DNA of 64,000 bases from Octopus sinensis (taxonomy: Eukaryota): positions 35,526,001 through 35,590,000 of the forward strand of contig NC_043013.1 of NCBI RefSeq assembly GCF_006345805.1, read 5' to 3'. Shown in pieces: positions 1-11,282 of the stretch. A program made the position numbers and the translations under genes. Every line of letters begins with the position of its first letter. Positions within the stretch are counted from its first letter, which is position 1. The notes beneath the pieces were generated by a model. That model searched no databases. It was not told the origin of the DNA and worked only from the letters and a program-made list of their open reading frames with translations.

Positions 1-575
1 TACACATACATACATACACATGTATACACACAAACACACACATAGATACGTGCACACACAAATACACACACATACACACACACAGACAAACATACACTCA
101 CATACATACACATGTATACACACATGCACACACGTACTCACATGCACACGCAGACATAAACAAGCATAAACATACATACACATGTATACACACAAACACA
201 AACACACACATGCACACACAAACACACACACACATAAACAATCAAACACACACATACACATGCATACACACACACACATGCACACACACATGTACATGCA
301 CATGCACACACACACATACACACATGCACACAAACACACACAAACATGCGTAAGCACACAGACTAACACTCACATGCACACACCCATACATGCACACATG
401 CACACAAAAACACACATATGCACACACACACACACAAACACACACACAAATACACACACAATCCCATGCAAACCCACACGCAATCACACACACATATACA
501 CACACATACACACACACATACACACACAAACACTCAACACACAACACACACACACGGCACACACACACACGCACA
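1..575. repeat. Imperfect (CA)n/(CATA)n satellite
   Basis: Continuous CA-rich low-complexity tract; source of the His/Thr ORFs. Confidence 0.95.
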
Positions 576-1104
576 CTTCCATCATGCTCACCTAACCACC
601 AATGTCTCTAATGCCACCGCCATTAACCCAAATGAGAAACTTTCGCATGAGGGCAGACTTAGCAGGTGTTCTGTTAAGTCATTCAATTCCGCGGACATGA
701 CAAGACAACCAAAAAACGAAGTGGGAAGAGTCTGATAGCAAATCAGGCAACCCGACAACCCACAACAACAGCAACAAGTACAATAACAACAACAAAAATG
801 ATGACAAGAGTGTAAAACAACAATAAAAGCAAGAAAGACCTGCAATTGAGATTAAGTAAAGTGTGTGATGACGGACGGGGACTCCCCTCCCCCTCCCCCC
901 CGGTGCAGGGGGATGGAATGGTAGTTGCAATGACAACAAGCAATTGAATGTCTTGTGTTAAAGGTGGACAGGAGGTGGGCAGCGGGAAGCTTTCATCTGT
1001 CCAGTAAACAATAGGTGTGATAACCCAACATTATCCTGGACTACTTCAAGTACCAATCTTAAGGACAGCCAGGTGTGACAAAACCACTTGTGGTTACGTG
1101 AGTG

Positions 1105-1870
1105 CATATGTTAAGCATGTATGTGTGTGTAAGCATGTATATAAGCATGTAAGTGAGCATGTGTGTGTGTGTGTGTGGTGTGTGTGCGTGTGTGTTTGTA
1201 TGTGTGTGTGTAAGTGTGTTTATATGTGTGTGCGTATGTGTGCATGTAAGTTTGCTTGTATGTGTGTTTGTATGTGTGCATGTGTGAGTTTGTATGTGTG
1301 TGTATGTGTGTGCGTGTAAGTACATTTGTATGTGTGTTAATATGTGTGTGTGTATGTGCGTGTGTAAGTTTGCTTGTATGTGTGTTTGTATGTGTGTGCA
1401 TGTGTATAAGTGAGTTTGTATGTGTGTGTGTGTGTGTGTGTTTGTATGTGTGTGTGTGTGTGTTTGTATGTGTGTGTAAGTGTGTTTGTATGTGTGTGTG
1501 TATGTTCGCGTGTAAGTTTGTTTGTATGTGTGCATGTGTGAGTTTGTATGTGTGTGCATGTGTGTAAGTGAGTTTGTATGTGTGTGCATGTAAGTACGTT
1601 TGTATGTGTGTGTATTTGTATGTGCATGTGTGTGTAAGTGTGTTTGTATGTGCATGTGTGTGTGTAATTTTGCTAGTAGGTGTGTTTGTATTGTGCATGT
1701 GTGCGTTTGTATGTGTGTGTGTATGTGTGTTTGTATGTGCATGTGTGTGTGTGTTTGTATGTGCGTATATGTGTAAGTTTGTTTGCATGTGTGTTTGCAT
1801 GTGTGTGTGTATGTGTGTTTATATGCGTGTGCGTGTGCAAGTGTGTTTGTATGTGTGCGTGCATAAATGT
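1105..1870. repeat. Imperfect (TG)n/(TGTA)n satellite
   Basis: Continuous TG-rich tract, complementary in composition to 1-575. Confidence 0.95.
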
Positions 1871-2113
1871 GTGTCAATGAAGGGTTTCCTCTTTTGTCTT
1901 TTTTTGTTTTTCCTTATGGAGAGAGTGTTTTATCCCTTCCGCATGATAAAGTTCTACCACATTCTTGAAGACTAAGAAAGACAGTTTATTGTGAGTGGAT
2001 GGAAAGGGGCTGTCTTATAATTTAATTAACTTTGAGTATTGTTTATTGTAGGTTTATCCGTTTTATTATTATATTTTTTCACAAAATCTGTATGTATATA
2101 TATATATAATATA

Positions 2114-2144
<31 letters not shown>

Positions 2145-2172
2145 ACATACATACGTAATACAACATACATAC

Positions 2173-2217
<45 letters not shown>

Positions 2218-2278
2218 CATACATACGTAATACAACATACAATTATATATATATATATATATAATATATATATATCCA

Positions 2279-2328
<50 letters not shown>

Positions 2329-2514
2329 CTTCGCATTCTTGTTAATATAAACTTTGCCTCCTTTTTGGGGGTTTTTTTTTCCCTCATTGAGAGGCTGTGA
2401 AGGTTACTTTCTTTTATTTCTGACTGATTTTTTTTTTTTTACCTTTTGTATTTAATTTTATCCTTCTTAACGAATAGTTGATTATGTTATGCACATACAA
2501 TTAAAAAACATCTT

Positions 2515-2614
2515 NNNNNNNNNNNNNNNNNNNNNNNNNNNNNNNNNNNNNNNNNNNNNNNNNNNNNNNNNNNNNNNNNNNNNNNNNNNNNNNNNNNNNN
2601 NNNNNNNNNNNNNN
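2515..2614. other. Assembly gap (100 N)
   Basis: Run of exactly 100 N. Confidence 1.
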
Positions 2615-2726
2615 CTCATATAACATGTACACACGTACATACTTCCCACTCTCTTCACACTGACGTATATGTAGCTCTAAATGTAAATACACACACACAC
2701 ACACACTATATATATATATAAATATA

Positions 2727-3235
2727 AATCTTAATCCTAATTTCCTAATTTTCCCCTTCTATCAATGTTCACAGAACACCTCTGTACAACAAAGAATGAA
2801 TAAGGAGGCAACTGCCATCAATAAATATCTTTCACAATTCAATATGAACACATAACATAATACAGAACACAACTAACCTTTCAATTAATACCACTAACCC
2901 CCATACATACCATACACCTTTCACATTACAGATCTATATCTACCCTAATTGCACCAAATCCAGAACTTCTTACCTCCCTTACACATAATCGTTTTACTCA
3001 GGAACTAGTAGACCTGACACTATTCATTAATCGGTGTGCATTCAAAGCAATGATTAGTAAATTCACGAAACCGGTATGCTTTTGAATCTCTTTAACAATT
3101 CACAATAATGACTTTTGTTACTTTTGTTCCTATCTCAGTTCATCTAATTGTATATATCTATCGTTACTTTTCATAAAAAGCCTTTCCTTTTTTTTGATTT
3201 CCAATATGCATTTTCACTTATTTTTCTTCTTACTT
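2727..3235 (+). mobile_element. Penelope-like element 3' fragment (end of GIY-YIG domain plus 3' UTR)
   Basis: 2727-2855 translates NLNPNFLIFPFYQCSQNTSVQQRMNKEATAINKYLSQFNMNT*, which aligns with the C-terminus of the GIY-YIG ORF at 4681-5151 (PNFRIFPLYQ...QRISKENLFITKY); the UTR carries a hammerhead-like motif. Confidence 0.8.
3041..3086 (+). ncRNA. Degenerate minimal type I hammerhead ribozyme motif
   Basis: ttcaaagca-ATGATTA-gtaaattcac-GAAAC-CG-GTA-tgcttttgaa: stem I closes; core has 2 changes from CUGAUGA. Confidence 0.55.
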
Positions 3236-3328
3236 CCTACCTATATATATATATCGCCATGTTGATTCGTTAGTTACTGCACGCATTTTTTTCTCTCCTT
3301 CTTTCTGTGTTTTTTTTCTCTCTGTGTA

Positions 3329-3366
3329 TCTTTCTGTTGAAGAGCGTAGGCTCGAAATGTTAAAGA
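3329..3366 (+). ncRNA. Minimal hammerhead-like motif (extra-A family) inside a short dispersed repeat at about 3255-3470
   Basis: tcttt-CTGTTGA-A-GAGC-gtag-GCTC-GAAAT-GT-T-aaaga; stems I and II pair. Confidence 0.55.
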
Positions 3367-3487
3367 CTTGTTTTATTTATATTTCCTGAGCGCCATACTA
3401 ATACAATTGTTTGTTTGTTTTCCACCTGCCTTCGTCTTTTGTCTATTTTCATAAAGCTTCCTGTTATATATATATATATATATATAG

Positions 3488-3812
3488 GAGCACTCCATCG
3501 GTTACGACGACGAGGGGCCCAGCTGATACGATCAACTGAACAGCCTGCTTATGAAATTAACGTGCATGTGGCTGAGCATTCTACAGACACGTGTACCCTT
3601 AATGTAGTTTGAAAGGAGATTCAGCATGACACACACAGTGTGGCAAGGGTGGCCCCTTTGAAATGCAGGTACTACTCATTTTTACCAGCTGAGTGAACTA
3701 GAGCAATATGAAATAAAGTGTCTTGCTCAAGGACACAGTGCATCACCAGGAATTGAACTCATTACTTTACCATCGTGAGACAAATGCCCTAACCATTAAG
3801 CCACGTACCTTC
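3488..3812 (-). mobile_element. tRNA-derived SINE, family C
   Basis: Reverse complement begins with tRNA-like A/B boxes (ggcttaatggttagggc...gagttcaattcc); homologous to the other family C copies. Confidence 0.85.
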
Positions 3813-3941
3813 ACACGCACATACACATATATATGTGTATGTTGTATGTATGTATAAGTATGCACATATATATGTATATATATATATATATATGAAAAAA
3901 CAAGTAAAAAATAGAAAATGCTAAAATAATTTTATAGTGAA

Positions 3942-3989
3942 CATTTCAGTACCGGTTTCGGTCATTTTGAGACCTTTTCAACTGTAACG
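3942..3989 (-). ncRNA. Degenerate minimal type I hammerhead ribozyme motif in the PLE 3' end
   Basis: Minus strand: cgttacag-TTGAAAA-ggtc-tcaaaat-gacc-GAAAC-CG-GTA-ctgaaatg. Confidence 0.6.
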
Positions 3990-4331
3990 ATTAAATAATT
4001 AAATTTAGAAAAATTAGAAGAAAAGTTTTTTTAAAAGAATATTTCTATAGTAGTGTTCAGATTTAAGTGGCATTCTGCCTTTCTCTGACTCCCTTGTTTG
4101 CACTTGTGTGTTCGAGGTAGTGTGAGTCTTGGTAGGGTAGTAGAGGGAAGGCTGGTGAGGAAAGGTGGGTGGGAGAATCTGGGAGTGCCCTGATGGTCGT
4201 ATTTTGAATGGTCAGTGGCGGCTGGCAGTCTCAGTTCAATTCAGGAGAATATTTATATTGACAGGCTTGTTTATAGAATTAGCGTAGGTGTTATACTAAA
4301 AAACATTAGTGACAAATAAGGGGTAGGGGGT

Positions 4332-4552
4332 GGAAGAAGAAGAAGAAGAAGAAGAAGAAGGAGAAGGAGAAGGAGAAGATGATGGTGGTGATGATGATGA
4401 TAACGATGATGATGAAGAAGAAGAAGAAGAGAAGAAGAAGGAGGAGAAGGAGGAAGATGGTGGTGATGATGGTGGCGATGATGATGACGCCGATGATGAT
4501 GATGATAACGATGATGATGAAGAAGAAGAGGAAGAAGAAGAAGAAGAAAAAA
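4332..4552. repeat. (GAA)n/(GAT)n compound microsatellite
   Basis: Direct reading; gives the acidic ORF 4330-4572. Confidence 0.9.
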
Positions 4553-4680
4553 ACAGAGAAGGGAGAATATGAAGGGTGTGTAAATATAGCTATGAAGGGG
4601 CTGATTAGTAATGGATTCTATGGAGTGTAGTATTTGTGTGTATATATATATTTTTTTCTTTTATTCTAAAGTGAGATATA

Positions 4681-5151
4681 TTAATTGTTTGTCGTAGACC
4701 CGTTAAGAAGTGGCTTGTATTTTGTAATAAAGAGATTTTCTTTACTTATTCTTTGTCTCGAGGTTGTATCGTCCCTAAATTGGTAGAGGGGGAAAATTCT
4801 GAAGTTTGGTGTTTTTTTGTTGGCGCAAGTATCTATGTGTTGGCTAAAAGCTATTTTTCTGTTTTGGGGAATTTTTATCTGGGATCTGTGCAGGGCCATT
4901 CGTTTACGCAAACCATTTTTTGTTTGGCCTATGTACTGCTCTTGACACCCGGAGCAGGTTAGTGAGTATATTAGGTTCTCCGAAGCACATGTGAAGTTGC
5001 TTTTCACTGTAAACCGTTGTCCCTGTTTGAAGGAGAACTCAGAACCCTCGATTAGATAGTCGCATATCCCGCAATTGGGTCTTCCACATTTTTTTACTGT
5101 CGGCTTCTGTGTTGAAGAGTGAATTCGGGTTTGTGTAAGGAGACTTTTCAT
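4681..5151 (-). pseudogene. GIY-YIG endonuclease domain of a Penelope-like element
   Basis: KCGRPNCGIC Cys motif, NLIYSLTC...YIGQT, RxxxH, second His, KE...N at the C-terminus; typical PLE endonuclease. Confidence 0.92.
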
Positions 5152-5411
5152 GGATCTAGGCTGTCTTTTGCTTTTTATGATCGTGTGTGTGTTTGGAGGA
5201 TTGTGTTCATTCTGTGGTCTTTTTTAGGAGGGGTATGTTGTGGAGGATGGTGTCGAAGGCTTCGTTATTGAGAGGGTTGTGTGTGGAGATGTATGGTAAG
5301 GCTTTTGGTTGTAAGTTTTTCTTTGATTTGGGATGTCTCAGTTCCTTGATGTTAAGTTGAAGGGCACGTTGAATGCACTTGTCAATAAGTGAAGGTGGAT
5401 AGTTCCTGGTG

Positions 5412-5448
<37 letters not shown>

Positions 5449-5869
5449 GTGTTTGTGTGTGTATGATGTGTGTGCATTTTTACGTACGTATGAAGTATCT
5501 AGCAAGCTTGCATTGTCCACTTTCTCCATTTGCAAGAATTAATGAAGCTTTCATTTTCTGAAGATCTCATTAGGATCTAATTGTCATATATGGATACCAT
5601 TACAAAACTGCTTGAAAATATTCATTGATGCTTTCATTCTATTAAGATTGCAAATATCTCAGTTATAATGTCTAGGCAGCAAGAAAGGGCACCTTGCAGG
5701 CCTCAACTGATTAAATTGCATTCAAGGGTTAGCAATGCTAGTTAAAAATATATAAATATCAACAGAACATTCAAACATGTGGCTTTGACATTATAAAAGG
5801 AGAGCGAAGCAAATTTAATGGTATGCATAGATTTTGCACAATGCACATCCTGTGCAGTAAGGTGCTTAC

Positions 5870-5997
5870 CAGAAATTATACAAAAAGGTGAATTAGAGAA
5901 CTGCTCCATGCTAACATTGTCCCAACAAAAGGAACATTTTGTTTAGTTGCCAAGAATATTTGAAAGAATTCAGAAAGAATTTGGAGGTCTTTTGCAT
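5870..5997 (-). other. Possible spliced exon (non-coding, or start exon MEQFSNSPFCIISG)
   Basis: Acceptor atttctttttgtcag and donor CTG/gtaagc; no frame is open across the whole 128 nt. Confidence 0.2.
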
Positions 5998-6292
5998 CTG
6001 ACAAAAAGAAATGACATTTGTTTTGCTAAATTGGTTTAGTTTCGGAAATGTTGGATGCTAATTAAAATAATAATTTTGTCCCAATACAACTTGTAGTTCC
6101 TGGCATATGTAGAAGATTTGCATTTATCTCTTTACCTTTTCAAAATTATTTTATGGCAAATTAGTTTTGAGATAATTCTTTTTCTTATTCTTGTTCTTCA
6201 TCGTCTCTTCTTCTTCTTCTTCTTCTTCTTCTTCTTCTTCTTCCTCCTCCTCCTCCTCCTCCTCCTCCTCATCATCATCATCATTATTATCT

Positions 6293-6492
6293 TAGGCAGC
6301 AAGCTGGCAGAATCATTAGGATGCTGAATGAAATTCTTAGTGGTATTTTGCCAATGTCAAATTCCTCCAAAGTTGACTTTGTCCTTCATCCGTTCAAGAT
6401 CGATAAATTAAGTACCAGTTGCATACTGGGGTTGATGTAATCGACTAGTCCTCTCTCCACAAATTTGATTCCTTGTGCTTCCAGTAGAAAGG
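6293..6492 (+). mobile_element. tRNA-derived SINE, family B
   Basis: ggcagcaagctggcagaatc head, ctttgtccttcatccgttcaagatcgataaattaagtaccag core. Confidence 0.85.
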
Positions 6493-6585
6493 ATTATTAT
6501 TATTATTATCATCATCATCATCATCATTGTTGTAGTTGTTCTTTTATTATTACATGACCTAATAATAATATTAATATTATTAATC

Positions 6586-6800
6586 GGCAGTGAGCCGGCA
6601 GAATCATTGACATGCTGCTCGAAATGTTCAGAAGCATTTCATCTGTCTTTACATTCCAAGTTCATATTCCACTGAGGTCAACTTTGCCTTTCATCCTTTT
6701 GGTGTCAATAAAATAATTACCAGTGATACACTAGGGGGGTCGATGTAATCACCTTGCACCCTCTCCTGAAATTTCAGGGCTTATAATTATGGTAGAAAGA
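6586..6800 (+). mobile_element. SINE family B
   Basis: Same head and core motifs. Confidence 0.85.
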
Positions 6801-6849
6801 ATTATTGTTTTTGGCAAGATCGTGGGAAGAGTTCAATCAACATATGATA

Positions 6850-7025
6850 GAAATTGAGGGACTAAATCAAGTCCAGCAGTTCTCATCTGAGATTCATATG
6901 GCCCCTGAAAGGATAAAATGCAAAGTTGACCTTAGCAGAGTTTGAACTCAGAGTACATAGAACTGGGAGAAATGCTGCTTAGAATTTTGTCCAGTATGCT
7001 AAGGATTCTGCCAGCTCACCACCTT
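6850..7025 (-). mobile_element. SINE family B
   Basis: Reverse complement of the head and core motifs. Confidence 0.8.
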
Positions 7026-7622
7026 GTGGGTTGCCTTTAGGAATAATAAAATAAGTCTTGGAGCAGACCTGAAGTAGAGTGTGCATGTCATTGAAGAGGT
7101 CACAAAAGGCAACAGAATAACATTGATAAACCTAGCTAATTGTTTGATTGACCAGACAATTAATCAAATGATAAATTAATTAAGTAGTTACATAGTTAAC
7201 CAATGGACAAAAAAAAAAAAATAAAGAAGTGAAATAGAACCAGTACATGTTTTATTATTGGCATAATGACCCTCCCAACATGCAACAAAATACAGGCTGA
7301 GCCAAAAGTCATGCACCAAAACATTTGATATTTTAATGATATATCATTATTATTATTACCATTTTCATTAGCATCTTCTTTCAATTCTGCTTCTATTTCT
7401 TGCCAAGTGACTTTCTGACTCCAAGGGCAGAGAAATGTACTGTATACACTGGTAAGCTATTAAAACAAGCACACCAGATTGTTCATTTACAGAGTCATGT
7501 GAGAGAGAAAAAGGGGAAGAGATAAAAGAAAAAAATAGAAAAGTAAACAAAATAACAGGGAAAAATGAAAAGAAAATTTACTATTATTATTATTATCATC
7601 ATTATCATCATCATCATCATCA

Positions 7623-8032
7623 TTGAGTGAGAGAGCAGTGCATGTCGACAAAATGACACTGGGCTACAAATATACGAAGCCCAACCTATCTGATAAGGGT
7701 ACACCAGGCACATGCATCACAACCATGTGTGCACAACATGCTGATCTTGCAGTTGAGAACCAGTTAGAATTTTCTTTAGACTGAGTGGCTGGCTCATCCT
7801 GCTGTGAAAGTCCCTGAATAAGGCTTGTTTAAGTATGTTGAACGAAACACTCACGTCTCCAGAGGTGAATAATTCAAACCCCACTGAATCCGTCTCAACG
7901 CATGGCTATGATTCTCCCCCACAATTTCTGCTCATAATCAGAGATGTACATATTGTCAGTCACTAAGGGACATGCTCAACTGGTTAAGGTCAAACAAATG
8001 ACAAGCAAATCTGTGACATTGAGCAGAATATT
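7623..8032 (-). mobile_element. ~470-bp non-coding retroelement (family E) in a trinucleotide tract
   Basis: Homologous to 13298-13768, 13885-14120, 37192-37677 and 45947-46425. Confidence 0.9.
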
Positions 8033-9039
8033 ATTATTATTATTATCATCATTATTATTATTATTATTATTCATTTTGTCCCTCATGTTCATGTACATGT
8101 GTATTCATTATTATTTCATTTATTTTATTCAATTTTAGAAAATCTACAGCTTCTTTGTCAATGAGTTTTAATCTTGGTACAAGACTTTTGGCACACCGTC
8201 TATGTTTCAACACGCAAGTTCACTTTAAAAGTCTTGCAAACCAAATATGAAAATTAAACAATTCCTCGAAATATCAGTAATATGCTGAGGTTGACTCAAT
8301 TTTGACTAGCAGTTCTACTATTCAAATACTTTTGAAAATTTAAATTTCCACATAATGAAGTTTAAATTTTTCTCTTAAAATATACTGTATGTTACACACA
8401 ATAGAGACAAGTAATTTCTTAAGTAAATACCATAAGAGATAAGAGAAATAAGAACAATGCTGTAAGACACACAAGAATTATAATAACAGAATTAGAAATA
8501 TGCCCCCAGAACTTAAATATTACTTTGTAAACACAGACAGTGATTGTAATAGTATTTTTTGAAATATTATTAGCACTTAGCAGTATTCCGGAGAAAGAAC
8601 AAGCTTGCAAAGAGCTGATTTCATGATCCTGTTTTTAAGTTTCAGCTATATCTGTTTCATTTTGCTTATATTGTACATTGTTTTCATTCATCTGAAGTGA
8701 ATAATATAGATACCAGACACGTACTGGAAGGCAATTAAATCAATTTTTACACTGCATGCATATACACCACCCCATCCCACCCAACAAACACACAAACATA
8801 TACAAATGCACACACACAAAAACACACATGTTTGTGTCCTTAAGTCAATATTAAAAATACATTGTCATGATCCTCATTATTGTCTATTATACTATTGTAT
8901 TAATTCTGTTCTGTAACTCAAGAATCGTCAGGCCAGTTGCCTGATTTCCATGGAATATAAGTGACCAAGGTTACAGTATCCTACATGACCGAAATCACAG
9001 TCATGGTAGATATCGGCATCATGCAAATTGGCACATAAA

Positions 9040-9255
9040 AGCACCCCAATGTCACACAAATGGCACCAGTGGCATGTAAAAGCACTCGTTACTCTCAGCG
9101 TGGTTGGCATTAGGAAGGGCATCCACCCATAGAAAACCATGCCGAATCAAACTGGAGTCTGGTACAGCCTTCCAGTGTGCCAACCCTGGTCAAACCATCC
9201 GACCCATGCCAGCATGGCCAATGGACGTAAAATGATGATGATGATGATGATGAAT
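9040..9255 (+). mobile_element. RTE LINE 3' UTR fragment with (GAT)n tail
   Basis: Matches the UTR following RTE coding sequence at 17850-18525. Confidence 0.8.
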
Positions 9256-9520
9256 AGGATGCCAATCTATCGCAGAGTTACTCACCTACAGCTAAGCAAA
9301 CTGGAACAATGTGAAATGAACTGTCTTGTTCAAGAATACAATGCACGAATCAGTCTGAGAATTGATACTGTAATCTGATGGTTTTGAGAATACCATTCTA
9401 ACCACTAAACCATTCCCTAATCCTTCAGTCTGTTGTGATACAGAATTGTAAAGCATTTTTGCCTTACTGCAGCAGGATTTGGTTTTTTAATTCAAAGTTG
9501 GAACTGTGCCGTTTCACTTA

Positions 9521-9880
9521 CACAGTTACCAAACCTTTTGCCCGGCAACTGTGGGACTGGAGGTGATCCAGATTTCTGGATTTTTCAGATTTCTGGATTT
9601 TTTGGATTTCTGGACACAGGCTAAATATATACTGAACATGTAAAATAAACAAAGAAAAGTAAAGAACAAAATTGTATAATATATACAAATTGATACATTT
9701 CTAAAGCAGAGTTTGTTTGATCTAGCATCGTGTGATGCATGCACCATGGAAACTAAAACAAAGTGACCATGCAGCAAGCTACTACAGCCTGTGAAATTTG
9801 AAGCTAGCCAGTTTCAAAAATAGCCAGATTTCTGGTAATTCAGAATTTCTGGATTCTGGATAAGAGGTTCAGAACCTGTA
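9521..9880. mobile_element. Probable Tc1/pogo-type MITE
   Basis: Degenerate terminal inverted repeats (cagttaccaaacctttt / aagaggttcagaacctgta) and internal ttctggatt repeats. Confidence 0.45.
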
Positions 9881-10223
9881 TTGATGAAACCGATGGGAAA
9901 GGGCATAAAAGGCATAGTAGACCTGAGCTCAGTTTGAACTTACAATATAATGAATCAGAGGAAATACCAGTAGGTATTTTGTCCAACTCTCAAATGATTC
10001 TACCTGCTCATTCACCAGAGATTTCAGGTAGAGAATATTGTCAATTTAAACCCTTTTTCTTTATCAACCACAGTAAGGGTGAAAGCTAAAGCTGAATTTT
10101 GAGGGATTTAGACTCAAAATATAAAGGATTTACTTAAATATCGTAAGGTACTTAATCTGATCTTTCATTCCAATGCATCTAAATTTTTGAGAATTTCACC
10201 CTGAAGTGCAACCATATTGTATG

Positions 10224-10237
10224 GTTGCTATAGCAAC
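10224..10237. promoter_or_regulatory. RFX X-box palindrome GTTGCTATAGCAAC
   Basis: Perfect 14-bp palindrome matching the GTTRCY-AT-RGYAAC consensus, in non-repetitive sequence. Confidence 0.45.
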
Positions 10238-10874
10238 AAGAATAAAGCTTGTGTAAATCATTATTGCCAAAATTCTTGGAGATAATAGAATTATGAACAA
10301 GAAATAAGAGAGCAAGCATTTGAGATTACAACTGCTGTCAGTGAGAAATAAATCTAAAACTAGGATGGCTAGAAATAATACTTAATAAGTTAAACAAGTT
10401 GTAAAATAGAATATGAATAGAAATTTGGACAGAATATCTTACACAACAGCTCAGTTAAGGATAGTTAAATTATTTAAAAGAGTATTAGACAGCTAATTTC
10501 AGTATGAAATAAAAACAGCATAAAATACCTTAGAACTCATGACTGATAGTCATAACTTGCTCCTAAAAGCAACAGTCTTCACAGTAAGATGTCAGAATTT
10601 GGAAATAAAATATGACAATAACAACAGTAGTCATAATAAACTGCAGAAATGTTAACAAGTGTTAACAAAAATGAGTCGATGTGTGAATAGCTAGAAGGAA
10701 AGGTTGAAATCTATATAGAAGACATGTTGTGAGATATGAAACTTTGTTGGGCTAAAATTTAGGAAAATTCTGAATTTAAAGGATATATAATTATTTAGAG
10801 TTGGGGAAGAGTGAAGCCAAATAAGAGTGATATGAATGATATTAAAATGATTAAGGAAAGCAGAACATAGACGT

Positions 10875-11282
10875 AGGCGTAGGAGTGGCTGTGTGGTAAG
10901 TAGCTTGCTTACGAACCACATAGTTCTGGGTCTAGTCTCACAGCGTGGCACCTTGGGCAAGTGTCTTCTACTATAGCCTCGGGCTGACTAAAGCCTTGTG
11001 AGTGGATTTGGTAGACAGAAACTGAAAGAAGCCCATGTATGTGTATATATATGTATGTGTGTGTATATGTGTCTGTGTCTGTGTTTGTCCGCCCCAACAT
11101 CGCTTGACAACCGATGCTGGTGTGTTTACTTCCCCGTAACTTAACAGTTTGACAAAAGAGACTGATAGAATAAGTACTAGGCTTACAAAGAATAAGTCCT
11201 GGGGTCGATTTGCTCGACTTAAGGCAGTGCTCCAGTGTGGCCACAGTCACATGACTGAAACAAGTAAAAGAGTAAATGAGTA
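10875..11282 (+). mobile_element. tRNA-derived SINE, family A (full bipartite copy)
   Basis: ggcgtaggagtggctgtgtggtaag head, ccttgggcaagtg core, central (TA/TG)n, gaaacaagtaaaagag end. Confidence 0.9.

Larger units (their letters stand above)
3890..5412 (-). mobile_element. Penelope-like retroelement, 5'-truncated (RT thumb/linker, GIY-YIG endonuclease, 3' UTR)
   Basis: Minus strand reads RNYPPSLIDKCIQRA...LPYISTHNP, one in-frame stop near 5225, then the GIY-YIG ORF; the UTR holds a (GAA/GAT)n tract and a hammerhead-like motif. Confidence 0.9.

Noticed and set aside
138-1975. Long His/Thr-rich and Val/Cys-rich ORFs
   Set aside because: Translations of (CA)n/(TG)n satellites, which lack stops in most frames; the same applies at 49.3-49.9 kb and 56.8-58.5 kb
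8419-8610. Transmembrane-protein exons on the minus strand (also about 10200-10380 and 41272-41562)
   Set aside because: T-rich strands translate as hydrophobic by default; acceptors are weak or frames are not uniquely supported; no family recognised
10875-10950. tRNA genes at SINE heads
   Set aside because: A/B-box-like heads run directly into SINE cores; no complete cloverleaf
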